From sequence record MW749001.1: a DNA stretch of 64,000 bases, one strand, 5' to 3'. The notes beneath the pieces were generated by a model. The model was not told the DNA's origin. It saw nothing but the letters and a program-made list of their open reading frames with translations, and did no database searches. Both the position numbers and the translations under genes were made by a program. Below are positions 1 through 11,080 of this stretch, in pieces (the stretch's first letter is position 1; each line of letters starts with the position of its first letter). The DNA is from Escherichia phage vB_EcoM_Kelasse.

Positions 1-1267
1 TTTTCCAATCTTTACCTTCTTCGGTCATTTTTTGGATTTCATCCATAACCCACCAACCGCACCAGATGTAAGCTGAAGTGCGATGTGGAAGAGGATGAAC
101 ATAAGGCAATTCACCTTCTGGTTCTGGAGCAACTTTATCAGTTACCTGAACTTGACCTTCTGCTGTGATAGTTTTGCTATCATAATCAGTAGCAGTAACA
201 GTTGCAGTAACTTCAATAGTTTGACTTCCAATAGATGATGTATCAACAGTGTATACATTAGTTGACCCTTCTACTGGAGAAGAATCTTTCTTCCATGAAT
301 ATTCGATTTGTGCTTCTTCTGGAGCATCCGTAACATTAGCAGTAAATGTAGCCGAAGCATCTTGCTGAACGTTAATAGAAGGAGGAGTCAATGTAACCCG
401 TGGATTCATTGTTTTCTTATTAACAGTCAATGATACTTCATTAGAAGTAACTTCCTTTTCATTGTAATTTTCAGCAGTTACTTGGGCTACGCATTTAATT
501 CTTTTAACCCCACTTGTAGTTGGAGTGTAATTGAACGTAGCATTAGTTTCTCCACCAACTTGTGAATCATCTACATACCACTGATACGTAGCAGATGCTC
601 CTAGCGGCTGCGAAGCTAAGGCAGCAGTAAATTGAACTGGGGTTCCAATTACTCCTGCTGGAGGACTATCAGGAGTTACTGCCAAAGTAGTCGTCTGCGT
701 CTTTTTATTAACAGTCAGTGATACTTCATTAGAAGTAACGCTTAGTGTATCATAATCTGCCGCAGTTACTTGAGCTACACACTTGATTTTTTTAACTCCG
801 CTTGTGTCAGGAGTGTAATTGAATGTAGCGTCAGTTGCTTCGTCTACAGGAGAACCGTCAACGTGCCATTGATACGTAGCGTTTGCACCTGATGGCTGTG
901 AAGCTAAGGCAGCGGTAAATTCAATTGGAGTTCCAATCACTCCAGCATCAGGGCTACCAGGAGTTACAGCTAAAGTAGTTGTTTGTGTCTTATTTTGAAC
1001 TGTGATAGTTGTACTAATTTCAGCTGTTTCAGGTTCAGATTCTGCAACTTGATTGGTTGCAACTACTTTAATAGTCTTTTGACCGGCAGGTCCTTTTAGT
1101 ACATAACTAAAAGTTGCTGACGTTTCTTCCTGTGGAGCGTCGTCTACAGTCCAAGCATATGTAATAGGTCCATCTCCAGTTTGACCACTGGGTGTAGCAG
1201 TAAACTGCTGAGTCTGATCTATAACTCCAGTAGGTGTTTTAGGAGTTATATCAACTGTAAAAGTCAT
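1..1267 (-). CDS. hoc: Hoc, outer capsid decoration protein; 3' end runs off the window start; tandem Ig-like domains
   Basis: Minus-strand ORF with ATG at 1267..1265 (MTFTVDI...), open to position 1; not in ORF track because truncated; repeated SLTVNKK domain ends; lies next to inh. Confidence 0.75.
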   Translation of the reverse strand, partial: MTFTVDITPKTPTGVIDQTQQFTATPSGQTGDGPITYAWTVDDAPQEETSATFSYVLKGPAGQKTIKVVATNQVAESEPETAEISTTITVQNKTQTTTLAVTPGSPDAGVIGTPIEFTAALASQPSGANATYQWHVDGSPVDEATDATFNYTPDTSGVKKIKCVAQVTAADYDTLSVTSNEVSLTVNKKTQTTTLAVTPDSPPAGVIGTPVQFTAALASQPLGASATYQWYVDDSQVGGETNATFNYTPTTSGVKRIKCVAQVTAENYNEKEVTSNEVSLTVNKKTMNPRVTLTPPSINVQQDASATFTANVTDAPEEAQIEYSWKKDSSPVEGSTNVYTVDTSSIGSQTIEVTATVTATDYDSKTITAEGQVQVTDKVAPEPEGELPYVHPLPHRTSAYIWCGWWVMDEIQKMTEEGKDWK

Positions 1268-1276
1268 AAGTTATCC

Positions 1277-1957
1277 TTATTTTAATGTTACGAAAGAAGA
1301 ATTGCGTGTTTCACGAATTAAAACTGATCCGTCACGGTTAATGTAATAAATTAAGCTAAATAAAGTTTGGTGTGCTGACGCATGCTCAAAACTAGTTGGG
1401 TGAGATTTCCAATCCGGAGTTTCAGCAATCCACTGGTAAATCCACCAAGGAACGGTGCAGAATCCTGGATTTTTTCCAATCAGCTGAAGATTCGGACTAA
1501 AGTTTTCCGGAAGAGTAAATACAGACAGCTTTTCAGATTCAATAATCTCAGCTACAGCCTGCTCGAATTTTTCTTCAACAAAAGGAGTATCTTCAATCAA
1601 AACATCGGTATTTTCAGGAATTTTATCCGTTTCTACTACTTCAATTTTAATGTCAGATTTAACCGGAGAATCAATCAGAAGTGCTGCCTCTGGATTGACT
1701 TCTTCATCGTCATATTTTAACCCCTCTGCAGCATCAGCAGCATCAATTAAGTCTTTAATAGATAACCCATCAGTCTCTGGCATAGGTTCACTAGCGAGCT
1801 TCTGGAGGGCTTCTTCAATATCAACAACGATATTATCAAAAGATTTATTCTTTTTGACCTTTATACCAAACTGCTCAGCATATTCAGCTAATTTAGCTTT
1901 AGCTTCTTTGTTATCATCAAGAGCCTTCAGCTCTGCAATATAATCTTTATCTATCAT
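1277..1957 (-). CDS. inh: Inh, inhibitor of prohead protease
   Basis: 226-aa ORF between hoc and uvsW, matching T4 map position and size. Confidence 0.6.
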   Translation of the reverse strand: MIDKDYIAELKALDDNKEAKAKLAEYAEQFGIKVKKNKSFDNIVVDIEEALQKLASEPMPETDGLSIKDLIDAADAAEGLKYDDEEVNPEAALLIDSPVKSDIKIEVVETDKIPENTDVLIEDTPFVEEKFEQAVAEIIESEKLSVFTLPENFSPNLQLIGKNPGFCTVPWWIYQWIAETPDWKSHPTSFEHASAHQTLFSLIYYINRDGSVLIRETRNSSFVTLK

Positions 1958-1970
1958 AATATTTCCTCAG

Positions 1971-1978
1971 TATAAATA
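1971..1978 (+). promoter_or_regulatory. Late promoter TATAAATA upstream of uvsW
   Basis: Exact TATAAATA about 30 bp before the uvsW ATG. Confidence 0.5.
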
Positions 1979-2007
1979 TAGATATATTTATTACATGGTA
2001 TTTAGAC

Positions 2008-3519
2008 ATGACTGACATTAAAGTACATTTTTATGATTTTAGTCACGTGAGAATTGATTGTGAAGAAAGTACATTTCATGAACTCCGTGATTTCTTTAGC
2101 TTTGAAGCTGATGGGTATCGTTTTAATCCGAAGTACAGATATGGCCACTGGGATGGACGAATCCGTCTTTTAGATTATAATCGCCTTCTTCCATTCGGCT
2201 TGGTCGGGCAAATTAAAAAGTTCTGTGATAACTTTGGCTATAAAGCCTGGATTGACCCGCAAATTAACGAAAAAGAAGAATTATCAAGAAAAGATTTTGA
2301 TGAATGGCTTTCTAAATTAGAAATCTATTCAGGAAATAAAAGAATTGAACCGCACTGGTATCAAAAAGATGCAGTGTTCGAAGGATTAGTTAATCGTCGT
2401 AGAATTCTTAATCTTCCAACATCTGCAGGTAAATCGTTAATTCAAGCTCTGCTTGCTCGGTATTATTTGGAAAATTATGAAGGTAAAATTCTTATCATTG
2501 TTCCAACAACTGCTCTGACAACTCAGATGGCTGATGACTTCGTTGACTATCGTTTATTCAGTCATGCAATGATAAAGAAAATCGGCGGTGGAGCATCAAA
2601 AGATGATAAATATAAAAATGATGCACCAGTCGTTGTTGGTACATGGCAAACTGTAGTAAAACAACCGAAAGAATGGTTCTCACAGTTTGGAATGATGATG
2701 AATGATGAATGCCATCTTGCTACAGGAAAAAGTATTTCATCTATCATATCAGGTTTAAATAACTGCATGTTTAAATTTGGTCTATCAGGTTCATTACGTG
2801 ACGGCAAAGCCAATATCATGCAGTATGTTGGAATGTTTGGTGAAATATTTAAGCCAGTAACGACCTCTAAATTAATGGAAGATGGACAAGTAACTGAGTT
2901 AAAAATTAATAGTATTTTTCTTCGCTATCCCGATGAGTTCACTACTAAATTAAAGGGAAAAACTTACCAAGAAGAAATAAAAATTATTACTGGGCTCAGT
3001 AAAAGAAATAAATGGATCGCTAAATTAGCTATTAAGCTTGCACAAAAAGATGAAAACGCTTTTGTCATGTTTAAACACGTATCGCACGGTAAAGCTATTT
3101 TCGATTTAATTAAAAATGAATACGATAAAGTTTATTACGTATCAGGGGAAGTTGATACCGAAACCCGCAATATAATGAAAACCTTAGCTGAAAATGGTAA
3201 AGGAATAATTATAGTAGCGAGTTATGGTGTATTTTCTACTGGTATTTCAGTTAAAAATCTGCATCATGTTGTTTTAGCGCACGGCGTTAAATCAAAAATC
3301 ATTGTATTACAAACAATCGGTCGTGTATTACGTAAGCATGGTTCTAAGACAATAGCAACAGTCTGGGACCTCATCGATGATTGTGGTGTTAAGCCAAAAT
3401 CTGCTAATACGAAAAAGAAATACGTTCATTTGAACTATCTTTTAAAACACGGCATTGATCGTATTCAGCGCTACGCAGATGAAAAATTTAATTACGTAAT
3501 GAAAACAGTTAATTTATAA
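2008..3519 (+). CDS. uvsW: UvsW, recombination/repair DNA-RNA helicase
   Basis: 503-aa ORF; Walker A PTSAGKS and DECH box visible; N-terminus matches remembered T4 UvsW. Confidence 0.85.
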   Translation: MTDIKVHFYDFSHVRIDCEESTFHELRDFFSFEADGYRFNPKYRYGHWDGRIRLLDYNRLLPFGLVGQIKKFCDNFGYKAWIDPQINEKEELSRKDFDEWLSKLEIYSGNKRIEPHWYQKDAVFEGLVNRRRILNLPTSAGKSLIQALLARYYLENYEGKILIIVPTTALTTQMADDFVDYRLFSHAMIKKIGGGASKDDKYKNDAPVVVGTWQTVVKQPKEWFSQFGMMMNDECHLATGKSISSIISGLNNCMFKFGLSGSLRDGKANIMQYVGMFGEIFKPVTTSKLMEDGQVTELKINSIFLRYPDEFTTKLKGKTYQEEIKIITGLSKRNKWIAKLAIKLAQKDENAFVMFKHVSHGKAIFDLIKNEYDKVYYVSGEVDTETRNIMKTLAENGKGIIIVASYGVFSTGISVKNLHHVVLAHGVKSKIIVLQTIGRVLRKHGSKTIATVWDLIDDCGVKPKSANTKKKYVHLNYLLKHGIDRIQRYADEKFNYVMKTVNL

Positions 3520-3533
3520 GGGCTTCGGCCCTT
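3518..3533 (+). other. C(UUCG)G tetraloop hairpin immediately after the uvsW stop
   Basis: aagggcttcggccctt. Confidence 0.5.
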
Positions 3534-3544
3534 TGGAGAAAAAG

Positions 3545-3775
3545 ATGTTACTAGAATTTAAACAATTTCTTTATGAAGCTTCTATTGATGAATTTATGGG
3601 TAAAATTGCCTCTTGTCAAACATTAGAAGGTCTAGAAGAACTTGAAGCTTATTACAAGAAAAGAGTTAAAGAAACTGAATTAAAAGATACTGATGACATC
3701 TCTGTGAGAGATGCTTTGGCAGGAAAAAGAGCTGAATTAGAAGATTCAGACGATGAAGTAGAAGAAAGCTTTTAA
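3545..3775 (+). CDS. uvsW.1: UvsW.1 small acidic protein
   Basis: ORF track starts at TTG 3533; ATG at 3545 has GGAG Shine-Dalgarno and gives 76 aa. Confidence 0.6.
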   Translation: MLLEFKQFLYEASIDEFMGKIASCQTLEGLEELEAYYKKRVKETELKDTDDISVRDALAGKRAELEDSDDEVEESF

Positions 3776-3830
3776 ATTAAAAAAGGCCCAACCAAAAAGG
3801 AAGGGCCAAAACTATAGACTAAAGGTCACA

Positions 3831-3998
3831 CTATAGCAAAAGTTGTGTTTCATTTAATTGTTCTTCCGAACTTTCTGAAACTGGTAGTTCTTTAATGTAA
3901 TTATAGCAAGGCCCAGGATGTACAGGACCTTTGTCTGTTTCAACAACCAATGCAGAATCGATTGGAGTTTTACAGACAACACAAATCTTATCTGACAT
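3831..3998 (-). CDS. Small Cys-containing protein, 55 aa (uvsY.-2 position)
   Basis: Hand-translated minus ORF MSDKICVVCKTPIDS...; below the ORF-track size cutoff; CxxC plus downstream Cys. Confidence 0.45.
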   Translation of the reverse strand: MSDKICVVCKTPIDSALVVETDKGPVHPGPCYNYIKELPVSESSEEQLNETQLLL

Positions 3999-4026
3999 GA
4001 TTGTCTCCTCTAAATTATATATCTAT

Positions 4027-4251
4027 TTATACAACTCTCATATGCATATCAATGCCCATATCTTTAGAATAAAAATATTCATCAAGATATCCAGCAAATT
4101 TTCCTTTAATATAAAGGACATCTTCACCGCACGGGTGGTCGGCCAGGATACGAATATCCTGACGCTTAAGATTATGCTTTTTCATTAAGAATTGAATTTC
4201 CGTTTCAAATTCTTCTTCATAATTAAAAGCATCATCAATGCTATATCTCAT
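4027..4251 (-). CDS. Hypothetical 74-aa protein (uvsY.-1 position)
   Basis: ORF whose ATG overlaps the uvsY stop (TAATG). Confidence 0.5.
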   Translation of the reverse strand: MRYSIDDAFNYEEEFETEIQFLMKKHNLKRQDIRILADHPCGEDVLYIKGKFAGYLDEYFYSKDMGIDMHMRVV

Positions 4252-4664
4252 TATTTTCCAGCCTCAAATGCCCGCATGTCTTGAATATGCTTAATAGCAA
4301 ATCCGCGTGATTTGATAGCATCAAGAGCTCCGCTACAGAAATCCAATAAAATTCCCCAATATTGCAATGAAGTATCAACTTTTAAAACATCCTTATCAGC
4401 TGATAGAACTGTCTTCATTTCTGATTTCTCATAACGGTCCATACTAAATTCATCACCATCTCCTCGTCCCGAGTAGTAGTCTAATTTAGCTTTAAGAGCA
4501 ACTTTTTTCTGTGCGTCAATTCTAAGCATTTCCTTTTTAATACTTGAATGCTTATTAAGCCATTTACTATATAACATCACATTATTAGCTGCTTCATACT
4601 GTAATTTAGTCGAATCTATAAACACATCTTTCTTCAATTCTTCTTGAAGATCTTCTAATTTCAT
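4251..4664 (-). CDS. uvsY: UvsY recombination mediator
   Basis: 137-aa ORF, size and position as in T4. Confidence 0.8.
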   Translation of the reverse strand: MKLEDLQEELKKDVFIDSTKLQYEAANNVMLYSKWLNKHSSIKKEMLRIDAQKKVALKAKLDYYSGRGDGDEFSMDRYEKSEMKTVLSADKDVLKVDTSLQYWGILLDFCSGALDAIKSRGFAIKHIQDMRAFEAGK

Positions 4665-4730
4665 ATTGTTCTCTATTCAATTGTTATTGGATGGACTTAG
4701 ATTCATTATACCACGTTTATACGTGAAGCA

Positions 4731-5129
4731 TTATACTCTGTTACTGGAAGCCAGTTGTAGTTTTATCTGCTCAATATCATCAGGGTTATCGATGACTGAA
4801 AAGCGTATTTCTACTATCAGAGTATAATCATCATAAACTGGTATTACATTAACTGCTAATTTATCAATACGTGGCTCGTAGTTTCTTACTGCGCTTTCAA
4901 TGTTACGCTCAACAGTATCAGCAGTAAGAGGAGTCATATTCTCAAAAAGCTGATCAGATAAATCGCATCCAAATTCTGGGTCAAATGGCCTTGACCCTTT
5001 CCTGGTTGTAATAATTCCCAAAAGGCTATTTTTAATTGACCTTAATCCAAGAGATCTGGAAACGTCTTTGTCCCAATCCATTTTCATTTCTGGGTCAATG
5101 TCAGAATAAAGCTTATTAATATTTGCCAT
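4731..5129 (-). CDS. 25: gp25 baseplate wedge subunit
   Basis: 132-aa ORF, synteny with 26/51. Confidence 0.8.
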   Translation of the reverse strand: MANINKLYSDIDPEMKMDWDKDVSRSLGLRSIKNSLLGIITTRKGSRPFDPEFGCDLSDQLFENMTPLTADTVERNIESAVRNYEPRIDKLAVNVIPVYDDYTLIVEIRFSVIDNPDDIEQIKLQLASSNRV

Positions 5130-5755
5130 TACAATAGCTCAAAGAATTCTTTGAGTCCTCTTATTACATGAGCGTGAGTTTTTCCACACTCTGGACACTT
5201 AATTGGAACAGCCAAATAAACAGTAGGCTTTAAAAGCATATCTTTTATAGCTACAATATCTGACTCTGTGATGATAGAATATAAATCTTCCAACTCTTTT
5301 TCATTTAAGTCTTCAATTGGAATGCTTTCACCGTTAGCATGAATCGTTTCTATACATGATACTATCATGTGGGCTATATTTTTATCATCAAAAATTTTAG
5401 GGTAATGGAACTTAATTTTAATGTCACCCAGTGTATACCAGAGGTCTTCTGGCGCATCTATTTGTGTATGTAATAGATTTATATGGGTTGGTATTTCAGT
5501 TCCACAGGTGCACTTCCAGGAGTTTTCGTGATTAACTTCTCCAAGAGAATGCGCCCATAAATGAATCAGCAGTAGTTCTGATTCTTGGCGGTTTAAATCT
5601 TTTGCATTTGTGCAGTCTTTAATTAGCTTTTTAACGATCTCTTCTACTGAACCGTTCTTTTTAGCAGTAATAAGTTCTAGATATTCTTTAAGAGTAAATG
5701 CGCGACAGTTGATTATTTTAGAACCAACTCTCACATCAAATTTGTATTCATACAT
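5129..5755 (-). CDS. 26: gp26 baseplate hub subunit
   Basis: 208-aa ORF, synteny. Confidence 0.75.
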   Translation of the reverse strand: MYEYKFDVRVGSKIINCRAFTLKEYLELITAKKNGSVEEIVKKLIKDCTNAKDLNRQESELLLIHLWAHSLGEVNHENSWKCTCGTEIPTHINLLHTQIDAPEDLWYTLGDIKIKFHYPKIFDDKNIAHMIVSCIETIHANGESIPIEDLNEKELEDLYSIITESDIVAIKDMLLKPTVYLAVPIKCPECGKTHAHVIRGLKEFFELL

Positions 5756-5776
5756 ATTTAGCTCCTTTATTTATCA

Positions 5777-5788
5777 TATTTATAAATA
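5777..5788. promoter_or_regulatory. Divergent overlapping late promoters (TATTTATAAATA) for gene 26 and gene 51
   Basis: TATAAATA on plus at 5781-5788 and on minus at 5777-5784, between divergent late genes. Confidence 0.55.
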
Positions 5789-5805
5789 GAATAAAAGGAG
5801 CATCT

Positions 5806-6555
5806 ATGGCAAACATTATTCGTTGTAAATTACCAGATGGTGTTCATCGTTTTAAACCATTTACGGTAGAAGATTATCGAGATTTTTTGTTAGTTCGAAA
5901 CGATATAGAACATCGGTCACCACAAGAACAAAAAGAAATAATTGCTGATTTAATTGCCGATTATTTTGGAGACTATCCGAAGACTTGGCAACCATTTATA
6001 TTTTTGCAGGTATTTGTAGGGTCAATAGGTAAAACTAAAGTACCGGTCACATTTGTATGTCCAAAATGTAAAAAAGAAAAGACAGTTCCATTTGAAATAT
6101 ATCAAAAAGAATTAAAGGAACCTGTTTTTGATGTAGCTAATGTTAAAATTAAATTAAAGTTTCCTTCTGAGTTTTATGAAAATAAAGCAAAGATGATTAC
6201 TGAAAATATTCATTCTGTTCAAGTAGATGAAACATGGTATGATTGGAAGGAAATTAGCGAATCAAGTCAAATAGAACTTGTTGATGCCATCGAGATAGAA
6301 ACATTAGAAAAAATTCTCGATGCAATGAATCCTATTAATTTAACATTGCATATGTCATGCTGTAATAAGTATGTAAAAAAATACACTGATATAGTAGATG
6401 TGTTTAAGCTATTAGTTAACCCAGATGAAATATTTACTTTTTATCAAATCAATCACACGCTCGTAAAAAGTAATTATAGCTTAAATTCAATAATGAAAAT
6501 GATTCCTGCCGAGCGCGGATTCGTATTAAAACTGATTGAGAAGGATAAACAATAA
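5806..6555 (+). CDS. 51: gp51 baseplate hub assembly catalyst
   Basis: 249-aa ORF, synteny. Confidence 0.75.
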   Translation: MANIIRCKLPDGVHRFKPFTVEDYRDFLLVRNDIEHRSPQEQKEIIADLIADYFGDYPKTWQPFIFLQVFVGSIGKTKVPVTFVCPKCKKEKTVPFEIYQKELKEPVFDVANVKIKLKFPSEFYENKAKMITENIHSVQVDETWYDWKEISESSQIELVDAIEIETLEKILDAMNPINLTLHMSCCNKYVKKYTDIVDVFKLLVNPDEIFTFYQINHTLVKSNYSLNSIMKMIPAERGFVLKLIEKDKQ

Positions 6556-7730
6556 TGAGTATGTTGCAACGCCCAGGATATCCAAATCTCAGCGTTAAAT
6601 TATTTGATAGCTACGACGCTTGGAGTAATAATAGATTTGTTGAATTAGCTGCTACTATTACCACATTAACTATGCGGGATTCTCTTTATGGCCGAAATGA
6701 AGGAATGCTGCAGTTTTATGATTCTAAAAATATCCATACAAAAATGGATGGAAATGAAATAATTCAGATTTCTGTAGCTAATGCAAACGATATTAATAAT
6801 GTTAAAACACGAATTTATGGATGTAAGCATTTTTCAGTGTCAGTAGATTCAAAGGGTGATAACATCATTGCTATTGAATTGGGAACTATTCATTCTATAG
6901 AAAATCTTAAATTTGGCAGACCGTTTTTCTCTGATGCAGGTGAATCTATAAAGGAAATGCTTGGTGTCATTTATCAGGATCGCACATTATTAACTCCAGC
7001 AATAAATGCTATAAATGCTTATGTTCCTGATATTCCATGGACTAGCACATTTGAAAACTATTTGTCATATGTAAGAGAAGTTGCTCTAGCTGTAGGAAGC
7101 GACAAATTTGTATTTGTATGGCAAGACATCATGGGCGTTAACATGATGGACTATGATATGATGATAAATCAAGAACCATATCCAATGATTGTTGGCGAGC
7201 CATCTTTAATAGGTCAATTCATCCAAGAATTAAAATACCCATTAGCATATGATTTCGTTTGGTTGACTAAATCGAATCCTCATAAACGCGACCCAATGAA
7301 AAATGCTACTATCTATGCTCATTCATTTTTAGATTCTTCATTACCAATGATTACTACAGGAAAGGGCGAAAACTCTATTGTAGTGTCAAGGTCAGGTGCT
7401 TATTCTGAAATGACTTATAGGAATGGTTATGAAGAAGCTATTCGTCTTCAGACTATGGCGCAATACGATGGCTATGCTAAATGTTCTACTGTCGGTAATT
7501 TTAACTTGACTCCTGGCGTTAAAATTATTTTTAATGATAGTAAAAACCAATTTAAAACAGAATTTTACGTTGATGAAGTTATCCATGAATTATCTAATAA
7601 TAATTCAGTAACTCATCTATATATGTTCACTAATGCAACGAAACTGGAAACAATAGACCCAGTTAAGGTTAAAAATGAATTTAAATCTGATACTACCACT
7701 GAAGAAAGTAGTTCTTCCAATAAGCAATAA
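6555..7730 (+). CDS. 27: gp27 baseplate hub subunit
   Basis: 391-aa ORF, synteny. Confidence 0.8.
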   Translation: MSMLQRPGYPNLSVKLFDSYDAWSNNRFVELAATITTLTMRDSLYGRNEGMLQFYDSKNIHTKMDGNEIIQISVANANDINNVKTRIYGCKHFSVSVDSKGDNIIAIELGTIHSIENLKFGRPFFSDAGESIKEMLGVIYQDRTLLTPAINAINAYVPDIPWTSTFENYLSYVREVALAVGSDKFVFVWQDIMGVNMMDYDMMINQEPYPMIVGEPSLIGQFIQELKYPLAYDFVWLTKSNPHKRDPMKNATIYAHSFLDSSLPMITTGKGENSIVVSRSGAYSEMTYRNGYEEAIRLQTMAQYDGYAKCSTVGNFNLTPGVKIIFNDSKNQFKTEFYVDEVIHELSNNNSVTHLYMFTNATKLETIDPVKVKNEFKSDTTTEESSSSNKQ

Positions 7731-8208
7731 AGAAGTTTCTATTCCTAAAATGGGTCTTAAACATTATAACATTTTAAAAGATGTTAAAGGTCCTGATGAA
7801 AATTTAAAACTTCTTATTGATTCTATTTGTCCGAATTTATCACCGGCAGAAGTTGATTTCGTTTCTATTCATTTATTGGAATTTAATGGAAAGATTAAAT
7901 CTCGTAAAGAAATAGATGGTTATACTTATGACATTAATGATGTTTATGTGTGCCAAAGATTAGAATTTCAATACCAAGGAAATACATTTTATTTTAGACC
8001 GCCTGGAAAATTTGAACAATTTTTAACTGTGAGCGATATGTTATCCAAATGCTTGCTTAAGGTCAATGATGAAGTTAAAGAAATTAATTTTCTTGAGATG
8101 CCAGCATTCGTTTTAAAATGGGCAAATGATATTTTTACAACTTTAGCAATTCCTGGCCCTAATGGTCCAATAACTGGAATTGGTAATATTATTGGATTAT
8201 TTGAATGA
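7675..8208 (+). CDS. 28: gp28 baseplate hub distal subunit
   Basis: 177-aa ORF overlapping the gene 27 end. Confidence 0.75.
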   Translation: MNLNLILPLKKVVLPISNKEVSIPKMGLKHYNILKDVKGPDENLKLLIDSICPNLSPAEVDFVSIHLLEFNGKIKSRKEIDGYTYDINDVYVCQRLEFQYQGNTFYFRPPGKFEQFLTVSDMLSKCLLKVNDEVKEINFLEMPAFVLKWANDIFTTLAIPGPNGPITGIGNIIGLFE

Positions 8209-9977
8209 AAAAGCCACAAGAAATGCAAACGATGCGTAGAAAAGTTATTTCAGATAATAAACCAACACAGGAAGCGGCTAAATCCGCTTCCAACACTTTA
8301 TCTGGGCTTAACGATATATCTACGAAATTGGATGATGCTCAAGCTGCTTCTGAATTAATTGCTCAAACTGTCGAAGAAAAATCGAATGAAATAATTGGAG
8401 CAATTGACAATGTAGAAAGCGCAGTGAGTGATACTACTGCTGGTTCTGAGTTAATTGCTGAAACTGTTGAAATTGGCAACAATATTAATAAAGAAATCGG
8501 TGAATCACTCGGGAGCAAATTAGATAAATTAACAAGTTTATTAGAACAAAAAATTCAGACAGCTGGAATTCAACAAACAGGAACCAGTTTAGCCACGGTT
8601 GAAAGCGCTATTCCTGTTAAAGTTGTTGAGGATGATACAGCTGAATCTGTGGGTCCTTTATTACCGGCCCCTGAAGCAGTTAATAATGATCCTGACGCTG
8701 ATTTTTTCCCTACCCCTCAGCCAGTTGAACCCAAACAAGAATCGCCAGAAGAAAAACAGAAAAAAGAAGCATTTAACTTAAAATTATCTCAAGCTTTAGA
8801 TAAATTAACGAAGACTGTTGATTTCGGATTTAAAAAATCCATTTCAATTACTGATAAAATATCAAGCATGTTATTTAAGTACACCATCAGTGCTGCTATT
8901 GAAGCTGCTAAAATGACTGCAATGATATTGGCTGTTGTTGTTGGAATAGACCTGTTGATGGTTCATTTTAAATACTGGTCAGATAAATTTTCAAAAGCCT
9001 GGGATTTATTTAATACTGACTTTACTAAATTCTCTAGCGAAACCGGAACATGGGGTCCTTTATTACAGAGCATCTTTGATTCTATTGATAAAATTAAACA
9101 ACTTTGGGAAGCGGGAGATTGGGGTGGATTGACAGCAGCTATTGTTGAAGGACTCGGAAGTGTTCTTTTTAATTTAGGTGAACTTATTCAATTAGGTATG
9201 GCTAAATTATCTGCAGCAATTCTTCGAGTCATTCCTGGTATGAAGGATACTGCTGATGAAGTAGAAGGAAGAGCATTAGAAAATTTCCAAAATTCTACTG
9301 GAGCATCTCTCAATAAAGAAGACCAGGAAAAAGTTGCAAATTATCAAGATAAACGAATGAACGGAGACCTTGGTCCGATAGCAAAAGGATTAGATAAAAT
9401 TGCTAATTGGAAAACTCGTGCATCTAATTGGATTCGTGGGGTTGATAATAAAGAAGCACTAACTACCGACGAAGAACGTGCAGCAGAAGAAGAAAAATTA
9501 AAGCAACTTTCACCTGAAGAAAGAAAAAATGCTTTAATGAAGGCTAATGAAGCCCGTGCCGCAATGATTCGCTTTGAAAAATATGCTGATTCAGCTGATA
9601 TGAGTAAAGACTCAACGGTTAAATCTGTTGAATCTGCCTATGAAGACCTTAAAAAACGGATGGATGACCCGGATTTAAATAATTCACCGGCAGTTAAAAA
9701 AGAACTTGCTGCTAGATTTTCTAAAATTGATGCTACTTATCAAGAGCTCAAGAAAAATCAGCCTAATGCCAAACCTGAAACTTCTGCTAAATCGCCAGAA
9801 GCAAAACAAGTCCAGGTAATAGAAAAGAACAAAGCACAGCAAGCTCCTGTTCAACAAGCATCTCCTTCAATCAACAATACTAATAATGTTATTAAGAAAA
9901 ATACTGTCGTTCATAATATGACACCTGTCACAAGCACAACTGCTCCTGGTGTATTTGATGCGACTGGGGTTAATTAA
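8205..9977 (+). CDS. 29: gp29 baseplate hub subunit / tail length determinant
   Basis: 590-aa ORF; extended low-complexity central region; synteny. Confidence 0.8.
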   Translation: MKKPQEMQTMRRKVISDNKPTQEAAKSASNTLSGLNDISTKLDDAQAASELIAQTVEEKSNEIIGAIDNVESAVSDTTAGSELIAETVEIGNNINKEIGESLGSKLDKLTSLLEQKIQTAGIQQTGTSLATVESAIPVKVVEDDTAESVGPLLPAPEAVNNDPDADFFPTPQPVEPKQESPEEKQKKEAFNLKLSQALDKLTKTVDFGFKKSISITDKISSMLFKYTISAAIEAAKMTAMILAVVVGIDLLMVHFKYWSDKFSKAWDLFNTDFTKFSSETGTWGPLLQSIFDSIDKIKQLWEAGDWGGLTAAIVEGLGSVLFNLGELIQLGMAKLSAAILRVIPGMKDTADEVEGRALENFQNSTGASLNKEDQEKVANYQDKRMNGDLGPIAKGLDKIANWKTRASNWIRGVDNKEALTTDEERAAEEEKLKQLSPEERKNALMKANEARAAMIRFEKYADSADMSKDSTVKSVESAYEDLKKRMDDPDLNNSPAVKKELAARFSKIDATYQELKKNQPNAKPETSAKSPEAKQVQVIEKNKAQQAPVQQASPSINNTNNVIKKNTVVHNMTPVTSTTAPGVFDATGVN

Positions 9978-9985
9978 GGAATAAT

Positions 9986-11080
9986 ATGGCAATTGTTAAA
10001 GAAATAACTGCTGATTTAATTAAAAAGTCCGGTGAGAAAATTTCAGCCGGACAGAGTACTAAATCAGAAGTAGGAACTAAAACATACACAGCCCAGTTTC
10101 CAACTGGGCGTGCTAGTGGTAATGACACTACAGGGGACTTCCAGGTAACAGATCTATATAAGAATGGATTATTATTTACTGCATACAATATGTCATCTAG
10201 GGATTCTGGAAGTCTTAGATCGATGAGATCTAACTACTCTTCTTCATCTTCGAGTATTTTACGTACAGCCAGAAACACTATCAGTAATACAGTATCAAAA
10301 CTGTCAAATGGATTAATATCAGATAATAATTCAGGAACAATAAGTAAAGCCCCTGTTGCAAATATTCTTTTACCAAGATCTAAATCCGATGTTGATACAT
10401 CATCACATAGATTTAATGATGTTCAAGAAAGTCTTATCAGCAGAGGCGGAGGTACTGCTACTGGTGTGCTAAGTAATATTGCTTCAACTGCAGTATTTGG
10501 AGCACTGGAAAGTATAACACAAGGTATAATGGCTGATAATAATGAACAAATATACACTACGGCTCGAAGTATGTATGGTGGTGCTGAAAATAGAACTAAA
10601 GTGTTTACTTGGGATTTGACTCCACGTTCAACAGAAGATTTAATGGCTATTATTAATATCTATCAATATTTTAACTATTTTTCTTATGGTGAAACTGGTA
10701 AATCTCAATATGCTGCTGAAATAAAGGGGTATTTAGATGATTGGTATCGTTCTACGTTAATTGAACCTTTATCTCCGGAAGACGCAGCTAAAAATAAAAC
10801 ACTATTTGAGAAAATGACATCGAGTTTAACTAACGTTCTAGTAGTTTCAAACCCGACAATTTGGATGGTGAAAAACTTTGGTGCAACATCTAAGTTTGAT
10901 GGAAAAACGGAAATATTTGGCCCATGCCAAATACAAAGCATCAGATTTGATAAAACACCTAATGGTAACTTTAACGGATTAGCTATTGCTCCAAACCTCC
11001 CTAGTACATTTACTCTTGAGATTACTATGAGAGAAATTATCACGTTAAACCGTGCTTCTTTATATGCGGGGACTTTTTAA
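9986..11080 (+). CDS. 48: gp48 baseplate tail tube cap
   Basis: 364-aa ORF, synteny. Confidence 0.8.
   Translation: MAIVKEITADLIKKSGEKISAGQSTKSEVGTKTYTAQFPTGRASGNDTTGDFQVTDLYKNGLLFTAYNMSSRDSGSLRSMRSNYSSSSSSILRTARNTISNTVSKLSNGLISDNNSGTISKAPVANILLPRSKSDVDTSSHRFNDVQESLISRGGGTATGVLSNIASTAVFGALESITQGIMADNNEQIYTTARSMYGGAENRTKVFTWDLTPRSTEDLMAIINIYQYFNYFSYGETGKSQYAAEIKGYLDDWYRSTLIEPLSPEDAAKNKTLFEKMTSSLTNVLVVSNPTIWMVKNFGATSKFDGKTEIFGPCQIQSIRFDKTPNGNFNGLAIAPNLPSTFTLEITMREIITLNRASLYAGTF

Noticed and set aside
1382-1943. Plus-strand ORFs 1382..1720 and 1650..1943 overlapping inh
   Set aside because: Antisense, low-complexity translations entirely inside a well-supported gene; no ribosome-binding site.
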